DNA of 64,000 nucleotides from Alphaproteobacteria bacterium. Its GTDB lineage: Bacteria > Pseudomonadota > Alphaproteobacteria > TMED109. The stretch covers positions 2,798,222 to 2,862,221 of the forward strand of contig OZ220465.1 in assembly GCA_965115815.1 (NCBI GenBank), given 5' to 3'. The translations under genes were made by a program, and so were the position numbers. Below, one piece after another: positions 1 to 11,962 of this stretch. The notes beneath the pieces were generated by a model. That model was given only the letters and a program-made list of their open reading frames with translations, did no database searches and was not told where the DNA came from. Each line of letters begins with the position of its first letter. Position 1 is the stretch's first letter.

Positions 1-2696
<2,696 letters not shown>

Positions 2697-2741
2697 TGCG
2701 GCGGCGACCGGAACCGTTCGCCCCGCCGACCCCGCTGCAGG

Positions 2742-3227
2742 ATGTCCCCGATGCCGAAGGTACCCATGACCGAGGAGGGCTATCGCGCTCTCCGACAGGA
2801 GCTGGACGAGCTCAAGCACGTGCAGCGCCCGGCCGTGGTGGCCGCGGTCGCGGAGGCGCGCGCCCACGGCGACCTGTCGGAGAACGCCGAATACCACGCC
2901 GCCAAGGAGAAGCAGGGACGCATCGAAGCGCGCATCGTCCGACTGTCGGAACGGCTCGGCATGGCGGAGGTCGTCCGCACGGACGAGTTGTCGGGAGACG
3001 AGGTCCGCTTCGGCGCTTGGGTGACCCTCCGCCATGCTGCGCACGGCACGACGGACACCTACCAGATCGTAGGCAGCGACGAAGCCGATCCCGACCTCGA
3101 CCAGATCTCGCTCGAATCTCCGATCGCGAAGGCGGTCTTGGGGCAACGCAAGGGGGGGTCCGTCGATGTGGAGACCCCGGGGGGAATCTCCAGCTTCGTC
3201 ATCACCGACGTGTCGTACCGGCGCTGA
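2742..3227 (+). CDS. greA: transcription elongation factor GreA
   Basis: 161-aa ORF with MTEEGYRALRQELDELK..HGDLSENAEYHAAKEKQ, typical of GreA/GreB. carB-greA synteny. Confidence 0.95.
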   Translation: MSPMPKVPMTEEGYRALRQELDELKHVQRPAVVAAVAEARAHGDLSENAEYHAAKEKQGRIEARIVRLSERLGMAEVVRTDELSGDEVRFGAWVTLRHAAHGTTDTYQIVGSDEADPDLDQISLESPIAKAVLGQRKGGSVDVETPGGISSFVITDVSYRR

Positions 3228-3237
3228 ACCCGGCATC

Positions 3238-4197
3238 GTGACCGGCGCCCGGGACTGTCCCGTCCTCATCGTCGGTTCCGGACCGGCGGGATGGACGGCC
3301 GCCATCTACGCCGCCCGGGCCGCCCTGCAGCCCGTCGTCGTCCGCGGCCCCCAGCCCGGCGGCCAGCTGACCGTCACGACCGACGTCGAGAACTACCCGG
3401 GGTTCGCCGACATCGTGCAGGGTCCTTGGCTGATGGAGCAGATGGAGGCCCAAGCCCGCGCCGTCGGGGTCGAGATCCTGGACGATGTCGTCGCGTCGAT
3501 CGACCTGAACCGTCGGCCGTTCGTCTGCGCGAGCGACAACGGCGCCCGCATCCGGGCCCGGGCAGTCATCCTGGCCACGGGCGCGAATGCCCGCTGGCTG
3601 GGGCTTCCGTCCGAACGGCAGTACCGCGGACACGGGGTCTCGGCCTGTGCCACCTGCGACGGGTTCTTTTTCCGGGGAAAGGAGGTCGTGGTGGTGGGCG
3701 GCGGCAACACCGCGGCGGAAGAGGCCCTGTTCCTGACCCGGTTCGCCACGAAGGTCACGCTGGTACACCGCCGGGACTCGCTTCGCGCCGACCGCATCCT
3801 GCAGGACCGGCTGCAGGCCGAACCCCGCATCGAGATCGTCTGGAACCATGTGGTCGACGCCATTCAGGGCGATGCCGGCCGGCCGGCCGTCACCGGCGTG
3901 CGCCTGCGTTCCACGCGGAACGAGGGCACGCGGGATCTGGCGGCCGAAGGCGTGTTCGTCGCCATCGGCCACGACCCGAACACGGCGCTGGTGCGCGGCC
4001 AGGTGGAAACCGACGAGGACGGCTACATCCGGACCCGGCCTGGCAGCACGGCGACGAGCATTCCCGGGTTCTTCGCCGCCGGTGACGTGCAGGACCGGGT
4101 GTTTCGTCAGGCCGTCACGGCCGCCGGCCAAGGCTGCATGGCGGCGCTGGAAGCCGAACGGTTCCTGGCCGGGACCCGTCCGGCGCAGGGCCGGTGA
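3238..4197 (+). CDS. trxB: thioredoxin-disulfide reductase
   Basis: In-frame GTG at 3238 just after the greA stop. VLIVGSGPAGWTAAIYAAR (FAD), redox CATCDG, VVVVGGGNTAAEEA (NADPH). Confidence 0.93.
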   Translation: MTGARDCPVLIVGSGPAGWTAAIYAARAALQPVVVRGPQPGGQLTVTTDVENYPGFADIVQGPWLMEQMEAQARAVGVEILDDVVASIDLNRRPFVCASDNGARIRARAVILATGANARWLGLPSERQYRGHGVSACATCDGFFFRGKEVVVVGGGNTAAEEALFLTRFATKVTLVHRRDSLRADRILQDRLQAEPRIEIVWNHVVDAIQGDAGRPAVTGVRLRSTRNEGTRDLAAEGVFVAIGHDPNTALVRGQVETDEDGYIRTRPGSTATSIPGFFAAGDVQDRVFRQAVTAAGQGCMAALEAERFLAGTRPAQGR

Positions 4198-5102
4198 CCG
4201 AGCCTCCGCACCTCGACTGGGACCGACTGCGGATCTTTCGCATCGTCGCGGACGCGGGGTCGTTCACACGGGCAGGCGAAACCCTCCGCCTGTCGCAGGG
4301 CGCGATCAGCCGCCAGATCCGTTCGCTGGAACGAAGCTTGGACGTCACGCTGTTCCAGCGGCACGCCCGCGGTCTCGTCCTGACCGAACAGGGCAAGATC
4401 CTCCGGCAAACGTCCCGTGACGTGTTCGACCGCATCTCCCGCATGGAGGCGCAGCTGGACCATAACCGCGAACGGCCGCGCGGCCCGCTCCGCGTGACCA
4501 CCACGGTCGGGTTCGGCTCCGTCTGGCTGCCCTCGCAGATCAACGAGTTCCTCGACCGGTATCCGGAAATCCACCTGTCGCTGCTGATCGGCGATTCGGA
4601 GGTGGACGTCCATCTTCTCAAGGCCGATGTCGCCATCCGGATGGCGCCGCCCCGGCAACCCAGCCTGATCCAGCGCCACCTCTTCACCGGCCACATCGCC
4701 CTCTATGCCGCGCCGTCGTATCTCCGCCAGTTCGGTACGCCGCAGACCCTCGAAGACCTTCTCGAGCACCGGATCGTCACCTATGGGGACCAGACCTCGA
4801 TGCCGTTTCCCGGGGTGAACTGGCTGGGGGAATCCCTCCGCAGACTGGACCCCCGCTTCGAACCGGCAGTCACCCTCAACAACCTCGTCGGCATGGTCCG
4901 TTCGGTGGAATGGGGTGCTGGCATCGCCGCCCTGCCCACCCTGCTGGTCCACCAAATGGGCCGATGCGAGCACATCATGCGCGACATCGAGGGGCCGTTG
5001 ATCGAAGCCTACTTCGTCTATCCCGAAGTGCTCCGGAACACGCTCCGGGTGAACGTGTTCCGGGACTTCCTGCTGGAGAAGATCCGAGAGGTGCGGCTCT
5101 GA
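4194..5102 (+). CDS. LysR-family transcriptional regulator
   Basis: N-terminal HTH LRIFRIVADAGSFTRAGETLRLSQGAISRQIRSLE plus a LysR substrate-binding body. The GTG start overlaps the trxB stop (GTGA). Confidence 0.9.
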   Translation: MTEPPHLDWDRLRIFRIVADAGSFTRAGETLRLSQGAISRQIRSLERSLDVTLFQRHARGLVLTEQGKILRQTSRDVFDRISRMEAQLDHNRERPRGPLRVTTTVGFGSVWLPSQINEFLDRYPEIHLSLLIGDSEVDVHLLKADVAIRMAPPRQPSLIQRHLFTGHIALYAAPSYLRQFGTPQTLEDLLEHRIVTYGDQTSMPFPGVNWLGESLRRLDPRFEPAVTLNNLVGMVRSVEWGAGIAALPTLLVHQMGRCEHIMRDIEGPLIEAYFVYPEVLRNTLRVNVFRDFLLEKIREVRL

Positions 5103-5144
5103 TCCCGGCCGGTCCGTTTCGTGCGGGCGCTGCCGGCCCGAACC

Positions 5145-6110
5145 CTACCGATACAGGTTCGCGGCGGTGCTCCCGGCATAGAGCGACGCCACCCACTCCC
5201 CGTACCCATTGAACGCCTGCGTCGGGATCCGCTGGCCGGTCCCGATGTCCTCTTCGGTAGCCTGGCTCCAGCGCGGATGCGGCACATCCGGATGGACATT
5301 GGCCCAGAAGCCGTACTCGCGCGCATTGGTTTCCTCCCAGAAGCCGACCGGACGTTCGGCCGTGAACCGGAACCGGACGATCGACTTGATCGACTTGAAG
5401 CCGTACTTCCAGGGCACGGCCAGCCGCAGCGGCGCGCCGTTCTGCCGCGGCAGCGGCTGGCCGTAGAGACCGGTCACGAGGAACGCCAGTTCGTGATTCG
5501 CTTCCGCCATCGTGAGACCCTCGACGTACGGCCACGGGTACCAGTCCTGGCGCTGCCCCTTGGCCGTGTCCGGATCGAGGAACGTCTCCATCGCGACATA
5601 CCGTGCCCCGTCCGTCGGTTGGGCGAAGCGCACCAGTTCCCGGAACGGGAACCCCGACCACGGTACGACCATCGACCACGCCTCCACGCAACGGTGCCGG
5701 TACACACGCTCCTCCAGCGGCATCCGGGCCAGAAGATCATCGATCGCGAGGGTCCGCGGCGATTCCACCAGGCCGTCGATGCGCACTTCCCACGGACGGA
5801 TCGCGAGCGCCTGGGCCGCCTTCCAGATCTTCTTGCTGGTTCCGAACTCGTAGAAATTGTTGTACCGCGTCGCCGTGCCTTCCGGCGTCAGCACCCGGCC
5901 CGGACCGGCGGTGAACCGCTCGTTGCGCGCGACGGGGTAGAGCTCGGAACTCGGATCCTCCGGACCGGCCGCGCCGAATGCGGGCGCCGCGGCTGCGACG
6001 CCGGCGGCCGCCAAGCCCGCCACGATCTCGCGCCGGTTCCGGAACACGCGCTCCGGCGTGACGGCGCGTTCCGGGAGCTCCCAGTCCCGTGCGGCACCAC
6101 GCATGGCCAT
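5145..6110 (-). CDS. msrP: protein-methionine-sulfoxide reductase catalytic subunit MsrP (YedY)
   Basis: ATG at 6110 preceded by GGAGG. Tat-like signal RREIVAGLAAAGVAAAAPAFG. YNNFYEFGT, HRCVEAWSMVVPWSG and LAVPWKYGFKSIK match YedY/MsrP. TAG stop. Confidence 0.9.
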   Translation of the reverse strand: MAMRGAARDWELPERAVTPERVFRNRREIVAGLAAAGVAAAAPAFGAAGPEDPSSELYPVARNERFTAGPGRVLTPEGTATRYNNFYEFGTSKKIWKAAQALAIRPWEVRIDGLVESPRTLAIDDLLARMPLEERVYRHRCVEAWSMVVPWSGFPFRELVRFAQPTDGARYVAMETFLDPDTAKGQRQDWYPWPYVEGLTMAEANHELAFLVTGLYGQPLPRQNGAPLRLAVPWKYGFKSIKSIVRFRFTAERPVGFWEETNAREYGFWANVHPDVPHPRWSQATEEDIGTGQRIPTQAFNGYGEWVASLYAGSTAANLYR

Positions 6111-6132
6111 GGATCCCTCCTTCCGGCGGCGC

Positions 6133-8196
6133 CTAGCCGGCGCGCAGCCAGACCGCCGTATCGTGAAACGCCGGTCCGCCGTTCGGCGGGCCGGCATCGG
6201 CGCCGACGAGCGTGTTGATACCGCGCCCCTCGACGAAGGCGCTGCCGGGCCAGATGCCCTCGACGACGATGACCCCGGGCTGGAGGCCGGGAAAGGACCG
6301 GGCATGCAGCAGCACGTCACCCCGCCGGTTTCCGAGCCGCACGAGTTCGCCGTCCCCGATTCCGGCGGACGCCAGATCCTCCGGGTGAATCCGTGCGCTC
6401 GGACGGGCCTCCTGCTTCCGCGATGTCGGCGTCTCCGTGAAGGAGGTGTTGAGGAAGTTGTGGGCCGGAGCCGTCACCAGTCGGAAGGGGTGATCGGCGT
6501 CCCGTTCCTCGATGTTCGCCAGATGGTCGGGGAGCGGCGGCATCCCGGCATGATCCGGCCCGAGCGCCCGCCAGTCGGGGGCGAAGCGGAACCTTCCGTC
6601 CGGAAATCCGAATCCCGATTCGAAGTGCGCCTCGGCGAAATCCGGCTGCAGATCCAGCCAGCGTTCGGCCTCGAGCCGGGCAAGGGGCGGATGACCCGAC
6701 GCCCGCAGGGTCGCATCGATGATCTCGCGCTCGGTCATCGCAAAGCCGGGGTGCGTCGCACCCAGAAGCCCGGCCAGATCACAGATCACCCGATGGTTGG
6801 GCCGCGCCTCGCCGCGGGGTTCCACGAGCTTCGGCCCCAGCAGGACATGCTGGTGCCCTCCGCCCTGGTAGACGTCGTCGTGCTCGAGGAACGTAGTCGC
6901 GGGAAGCACGATGTCCGCGTAGCGCACGGTTTCCGTCGGAAACTGCTCGTGCACGCAGAGAAAGAGATCCTCCCTCGCGAGACCCCGGTGCACGAGCGCG
7001 GATTCCGGCGCCACATCGGCCGGGTTGGTGTTCTGGACCAGCATCGCGGTGACCGGCGGCCCGTCCCCGATGTCCGCCGGATCGCGGGCCAGAACCGGGC
7101 CGATCCTCGACATGTCCAAGGTCCGGACCGCCGGATCCTGCAGGTCGAGGCCCTCGATCAGGGTCTTGTCCCAATGGTAGATGTCGCGGTTGGAATAGAA
7201 CGCGCCGCCGCCAGTGTACTGCCACTTGCCGCCGACCGTCGCCAGCGACGTGACTGCGTGCACGTTGGCGGCGCCGTTTCGCGAACGGGAGAACCCGTAC
7301 CCGATCCGGATGTACGTGCGGTCGGTCTCGCCGAACAGGCGGGCAAAGGATTCGATCTGCGCTTCGCCGAGACCGGTGATGCGGGCCGCCCAGGCCGGGG
7401 TGCGGTCGGCGAGATGCGCCTCGAGGCGTTCCGGGCAGTCGCTGGCCCGCGCGAGGTAGGCGCGGTCGGCATGACCGTCGCGGAACAGCACGTGCATGAT
7501 CGCGCAGGCGAGCGCGCCGTCGGTGCCGGGGCGAAGGCAGAGATGCAGGTCGGCCACCTGCGCCGTGCGGGTACGGTACGGATCCACCACGGCCAGCCGG
7601 GCGCCTCGGGTCCGGCGCGCCCGCTGCACGTGGGTCATCACGTTGACCTGGGTCGACGCCGGGTTGCCGCCCCACGAGACGATCAGGTCCGATTCCGCCA
7701 TTTCTCTCGGGTCGGGCCCGCGGTAGGCCCCGGTCCCGGCCATCCAGCCGGCATCGCACAGTCCGGTGCAGATGGTGTTCTTCTGGCGGGAATACCCCAT
7801 GGCGTGCCGGAGCCGATTGATCCCGTCCCGCTGCACCAGCCCCATGGTCCCCGCGTAGTAGTAGGGCCACACCGTCTCGGCCCCGAATCGGGCGGCCTGC
7901 TGGCGGAAGCGCCCGGCGACCCGGTCCAAGGCCTCGTCCCAGCCGATCTCCCGGAATTGCCCGGCCCCCTTCGGACCCGTGCGCAGCAGCGGCCGCAGCA
8001 GCCGGTCGGGATGGTGCACGCGCTCGGCGTACCGGGCCACCTTCGCGCAGACGACGCCCGAGGTGTAGGTATTCTCGCGCGCCCCGCGAATCCGGCCGAC
8101 CGCTCCGTCGGCACCCAGTTCGACCTCGAGCGCGCATGTACTCGGGCAGTCGTGGGGACAGGCGGAATGGCCCGTCCCGGAAACATAGCCGTCCAA
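6133..8196 (-). CDS. molybdopterin-dependent oxidoreductase (MopB/BisC-like family)
   Basis: N-terminal Cys cluster CPHDCPSTCAL, MopB domains and a C-terminal MGD-binding barrel (HPEDLASAGIGDGELVRL). Start is uncertain: TTG 8196 is the only plausible start just upstream of the Cys motif. The rest of ORF 6133..8667 reads into a MITE. TAG stop. Confidence 0.85.
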   Translation of the reverse strand: MDGYVSGTGHSACPHDCPSTCALEVELGADGAVGRIRGARENTYTSGVVCAKVARYAERVHHPDRLLRPLLRTGPKGAGQFREIGWDEALDRVAGRFRQQAARFGAETVWPYYYAGTMGLVQRDGINRLRHAMGYSRQKNTICTGLCDAGWMAGTGAYRGPDPREMAESDLIVSWGGNPASTQVNVMTHVQRARRTRGARLAVVDPYRTRTAQVADLHLCLRPGTDGALACAIMHVLFRDGHADRAYLARASDCPERLEAHLADRTPAWAARITGLGEAQIESFARLFGETDRTYIRIGYGFSRSRNGAANVHAVTSLATVGGKWQYTGGGAFYSNRDIYHWDKTLIEGLDLQDPAVRTLDMSRIGPVLARDPADIGDGPPVTAMLVQNTNPADVAPESALVHRGLAREDLFLCVHEQFPTETVRYADIVLPATTFLEHDDVYQGGGHQHVLLGPKLVEPRGEARPNHRVICDLAGLLGATHPGFAMTEREIIDATLRASGHPPLARLEAERWLDLQPDFAEAHFESGFGFPDGRFRFAPDWRALGPDHAGMPPLPDHLANIEERDADHPFRLVTAPAHNFLNTSFTETPTSRKQEARPSARIHPEDLASAGIGDGELVRLGNRRGDVLLHARSFPGLQPGVIVVEGIWPGSAFVEGRGINTLVGADAGPPNGGPAFHDTAVWLRAG

Positions 8197-8380
8197 TGCC
8201 CACCTTCCCGTTCGGCGGAAGAACCGCGATACCGGAATGTCTAGAGAGCCGGCCTGCCGATTGCAAGTCGGCGTCCCGACCGGGTGACGGCCGGCGGAAT
8301 CGGACCGGAAGCCGACGCGCGCCCAAAGCCGCGCGAGACGGCCCTGAAGTCCTATCTGGGCCCGCCTCGGGACCCTGCCC

Positions 8381-8459
8381 AAGGATGATCCCATGCTTTG
8401 CTGTGATGCGATCGGAGTCTTGATCGTGGCGCGGGTCGACGCGTTCGAGTCTGCGATTT
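8381..8459 (-). mobile_element. solo right-end fragment (~80 bp) of ISAs1-like element C
   Basis: Reverse complement matches the last ~80 bp of C1 (25395-25474) and C2 (53725-53803): ..AATCGCAGACTCGAACGCGTCGACCCGCG..GATCGCATCACAGCAA..AGCATGGGATC. Confidence 0.6.
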
Positions 8460-8462
8460 TGA

Positions 8463-8645
8463 GAGCCTGTACGGAAACTATTGAGCGGTCCCGATTCTGG
8501 CCGCTCGTGCAAAGTATCGGCGTCGGAGAGACCGCTTCGAAAGCAATCTGACAGATGTGGAATGGGCTTGTCTGATCCCGATGTACTCTCCAGCCACATC
8601 GCAGATACCAGAATCGGGGCCGCTCAATAGTTTCCGCACAGGCTC
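8463..8645 (+). mobile_element. MITE-1 copy 1 (183 bp, ~38-bp terminal inverted repeats GAGCCTGTRCGGAAACTATTGAGCGG..)
   Basis: TIRs at both ends and no coding capacity. Five copies occur in the window. Flanking triplets are TGA (left) and TCA (right), so they are not a matching duplication. Confidence 0.8.
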
Positions 8646-8648
8646 TCA

Positions 8649-9195
8649 GATCGGCCGAAGGCGCCATCGCAGGTATCGATGTGGTGAGATGCCGGCGAGC
8701 TCCGCGGTGTCCGAGAACCCATGCACGTCCGTACGTCTTCGGTTGGGACCCTGGGAGATCTTCAAGCGGTCCCGCCGATCGTGGCGGGACCGTGTAGGGA
8801 AGGAGAAAACCGAAGCCTAGGACGAACGGCTGGAAGAAGTCGGATGGGGCCGTACGACCTGGGCTGGGAAGGCGACGAACCAGGGAGCGTCAGCTCCTGC
8901 GGAGTGGCGGGAGGAAAGGGCCCCAACCAAGGGGAATTCGGGACGCCAAAGCACGCGCCGAACGCAGGGTCGGGCACGCGTGCCTCAGGCGGCGGACCGG
9001 ATCCGGAAAGCCGCACGGTTCGACCGGAAGCGACGGGAGCGCAGGACCGAGATTTCTGGGTCGTGCGCAATCCTCCGCCGCCCAGGGCCGGATCCGCGGT
9101 TGGCCGTCAAGCACCCGAGGTAGGAGCCGGATGGATGAACGTCCAGGTCCGGATCGGTGCGGGGGGGGTGCGCAGTACTGCGCATTCCTACCGTA
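8649..9195 (+). mobile_element. ORF-less group II intron, 3' part (copy I-a), truncated at MITE-1
   Basis: Collinear with 10262-10796 of copy I-b. Domain-V-like hairpin GAGCCGGATGGATGAACGTCCAGGTCCGGATC at 9124-9155, DVI-like hairpin, 3' end ..CCTACCGTAC. Confidence 0.6.
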
Positions 9196-9204
9196 CCGTG
9201 TGCT

Positions 9205-10058
9205 AGGGCCTGTTAACGCATTATGTGGTGGAATATGTGATAGAATCCGGATCCCTGGTTCGTAGAGAGGATTCCCGGTCATGGAACTCACGCAAGCCCA
9301 GTACGAGCGTATCGCTCATGTCTTTCCGAAGCACCGCGGCAATGTCTTGCTCAGTAATCTGTCGGTTCTCAACGCGATTCTGTACGTGGCCGAGCAGGGA
9401 TGCAAGTGGCGCGGGCTGCCGGCGCACTTCGGCAACTGGCACACCATCTACACCCGGATGAACCGCTGGGCGAAGAAAGGCGTCCTGGATCGGGTGTTTG
9501 CGGAGTTGCAGCGCTTGGAGATCATGCGGGTGAAGGTCGAGGTGCTATCCTTGGACAGCACCGTGGTGAAGGTGCACCCGGACGGCACGGGAGCGCTCGA
9601 AACGCACGGTCCTCAGGCCATCGGGAAGTCGCGCGGGGGCTGGACCACCAAGCTTCATCGGGTAGCTGCGAATGATCGAAACGCGGTAGGGTTTTCCTTG
9701 TCCGGAGGACAGGAGGGGGACGGGCCCCAGGGACGCACGTTGCTGCACCGCATGGCATTACCGGATACTGCACGTTGTTTGGTGATGGACAAGGCCTAGG
9801 AAGGGGACGAAACCCGTGCGTGGGTTGCAGGCCGGGGACGGGAGCCCGTGGTCCCACCGAAGGCCAACCGGATCACACCGTGGGAATACGACCGAGAATT
9901 GTACAAGAAACGCAATGAAGTCGAGCGCCTGTTTCGGAGGATCAAGCGATTTCGGCGTGTCTTCACGAGATTCGACAAGCTTGATATTGTCTTCACCTTC
10001 TTCATCCACTTCGCGCTCATCGTCGATGCCCTCAAGCCTCTATAGCGTTAACAGGCCC
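9205..10058 (+). mobile_element. IS5-family (IS427 group) element, copy 1
   Basis: Terminal repeats GGGCCTGTTAACGC../..GCGTTAACAGGCCC, inserted in a CTAG site (TA duplicated). Confidence 0.9.
9281..10045 (+). pseudogene. IS5/IS427-group DDE transposase, single in-frame TAG (9797-9799)
   Basis: ORFs 9281..9799 and 9848..10045 are in the same frame. ..NAILYVAEQGCKWRGLP..MDKA*EGDE..FRRIKRFRRVFTRFDKLD. Copy 2 has TAT (Tyr) at the TAG position. Confidence 0.9.
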
Positions 10059-10797
10059 TAGGCGAACGGGCAGAAGACAGGGGGTGAAAGTCCCCTGGAA
10101 CGAAGGAGGAACCAAACCGCGTTTCTCCGCGAGCCGTGCGTCGGTTCCCGTGAGGGGGCAGGCGAAGCGTCGGCAGCGGTGCGGATGGGTGGGGCTCGGA
10201 TGGGTGGGGCTAAGGAGCACCGAAAAGACGAGGATCCGGGGTGCCGAGGTGTTCCGATCGGCCGAAGGCACCATCGCAGGCATCGATGTGGTGAGATGCC
10301 GGCGAGCTCCGCGGTGTCCGAGAACCCATGCACGTCCGTACGTCTTCTGTCGGGACCCTGGGAGATCTTCAAGCGGTCCCGCCGATCGTGGCGGGACCGT
10401 GTAGGGAAGGAGAAAACCGAAGCCTAGGACAAACGGCTGGAAGAAGTCGGATGGGGCCGTACGACCTGGGAAGGCGACGAACCAGGGAGCGTCAGCTCCT
10501 GCGGAGTGGCGGGAGGAAAGGGCCCCAACCAAGGGGAATTCGGGACGCCAAAGCACGCGCCGAACGCAGTGTCGGGCACGCGTGCCTCAGGCGGCGGACC
10601 GGATCCGGAAAGCCGCAAGGTTCGACCGGAAGCGACGGGAGCGCAGGACCGAGATTTCTGGGTCGCGCGCCACCCTCCGCCGCCCATGGCCGAATCCGCG
10701 GTTTGCCGTCAAGCACCCGAGGTAGGAGCCGGATGGATGAACGTCCATGTCCGGATCTGTGCGGGGGTGCGCAGTACTGCGCATTCCTACCGTAACT

Positions 10798-10814
10798 GGG
10801 GGGGGGGGGGGGGG
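10798..10814 (+). repeat. 17-nt poly-G tract
   Basis: Read directly. It follows the 3' end of intron copy I-b by one T and precedes the hairpin AGGGGCTCGGCAACGACCCCTCC. Confidence 0.9.
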
Positions 10815-11390
10815 AGGGGCTCGGCAACGACCCCTCCTACCCGGCGGATCTCGTCCATTCGCCGGCAGAGGTCTCCCCCACAGCTCCGGATTGATCGGAA
10901 CGTCGGCGCCGAGATGGAGCCGCGTTCGCTGCCGCACCCGGTCGCCCCGGCGCACCGATTCCCCCCGCCGGCCGGGGGTGTAGGAGCGACCCTTGCGGCC
11001 ACCGGTTCGGGTCCGTCGAAGGAACCTGCACCCAACCGAATGCTGATTCAGATGGCTGCAAGGGGCCTCCAAAAAATGGCACTACTTTGGAGGCCCCGAC
11101 AGAATGACCCTTGTTTTTCAAGGGTTTCCCGTCCTGCGGCGATCGGGCCGCGACGATTGCCGGACAGATCCCCGTCGCCGCCTTCGATCCGTACCCTGCC
11201 GCCCTTGCCGCCTCCGACGCGATTGGACCCGACTGCCCCTCCCCAAGATTCCGACCTGCGATGTCCAGCGATCCTCCCCGGTGGCACGGATCGCCAGCCG
11301 ACGGAACCTGTCTCGCCGGTGCAGTTATCGGCACCGCGTGGCACACTTCCCCGGGAGAGACATAGTCGGGCGACCTTGAGCATCCTCCGA

Positions 11391-11915
11391 TTACTCGTTC
11401 GCTTTGGCGACAAGCTCCTCAAGGTAGATCACGTAGTCATCCTCTGCGAAGGGTAGGTGGCACTCCATGCAGGGTCGGGTGTCGACATCCGCCTTGAGGG
11501 TTCCGTCACCGGAGAAGAAGCCGTATTCCCAGTCGCCGTTCCGAATGTCCTCCGGGTAGATCTCGCCCCATCCGGGCTGCTTCTCCATCACCGCTAGGAC
11601 CTTGAGGTTGGCCTTCTGCATACGCCCGTCCGCATCGTAGACCGGCTCTCCGTCGTCATCGACGACAGCTGCGTACACCTCCATCACGAACTGCGAACCG
11701 TGGTCCAGCGGAGCACCGTCCTTGGCACTCTCGACCGCGGCGAGGTTGGCGTAGAGGTCGCGCACTGTCATGTTGTCCGGACGGTCGGACGTCATGAAAT
11801 AGACGAATTCGGACTTGTAGTCCTGTGGAAAGGTGATCCGCTCGGCTCCGGCCAGAACCAGACCGGGGATGCCGAGGGCGGCCGCGAGGGCGATCGCGAA
11901 ACCGGTTGTTCGCAT
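11391..11915 (-). CDS. cytochrome P460-family protein
   Basis: ATG 11915 with GGAGG upstream. Signal peptide MRTTGFAIALAAALGIPGLVLA. ~175 aa with a C-terminal haem motif CMECH. TAA stop. Confidence 0.8.
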   Translation of the reverse strand: MRTTGFAIALAAALGIPGLVLAGAERITFPQDYKSEFVYFMTSDRPDNMTVRDLYANLAAVESAKDGAPLDHGSQFVMEVYAAVVDDDGEPVYDADGRMQKANLKVLAVMEKQPGWGEIYPEDIRNGDWEYGFFSGDGTLKADVDTRPCMECHLPFAEDDYVIYLEELVAKANE

Positions 11916-11962
11916 AGTGAATGCTCCTCCCTTGCTGCCCTGCGGTCGCAGGGCATGCGCGA

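Larger units (their letters stand above)
9197..10796 (+). mobile_element. ORF-less group II intron, complete copy I-b (~745 nt, carrying an IS427-group insertion)
   Basis: 5' GTGTGC.. at 9197 and 3' ..CCTACCGTAAC at 10796. DV-like hairpin with AGC triad at 10726-10757, then a DVI-like hairpin. No ORF. Interrupted after nt 8 by the IS at 9205-10058. Confidence 0.65.

Noticed and set aside
5145-8196. Genetic-code reassignment of TAG as an explanation for the many in-frame TAGs
   Set aside because: TAG is the normal terminator of msrP (5145-5147) and of the molybdopterin oxidoreductase (6133-6135) at the expected protein ends. The in-frame TAGs replace different amino acids (Tyr, Leu, Trp, Gln).
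6133-8667. 844-aa version of the molybdopterin oxidoreductase
   Set aside because: The first ~157 codons translate a MITE-1 copy and an IS end fragment. The same peptide, ..ERPRFWYLRCGWRVHRDQTSPFHICQIAFEAVS.., recurs wherever MITE-1 occurs.
10080-10110. Riboswitch-like GGGGGTGAAAGTCCCC hairpin (reminiscent of cobalamin-type motifs)
   Set aside because: It lies inside the repeated ORF-less intron (present in copies I-b and I-c) with no downstream gene. It is most simply a domain I hairpin with a GNRA-like loop.
11062-11097. 12-bp GC-rich hairpin GGGGCCTCCAAA..TTTGGAGGCCCC as a terminator of the P460 operon
   Set aside because: No U-tract follows on either strand, and it lies ~290 nt from the stop codon. 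I kept it as an unexplained inverted repeat only.
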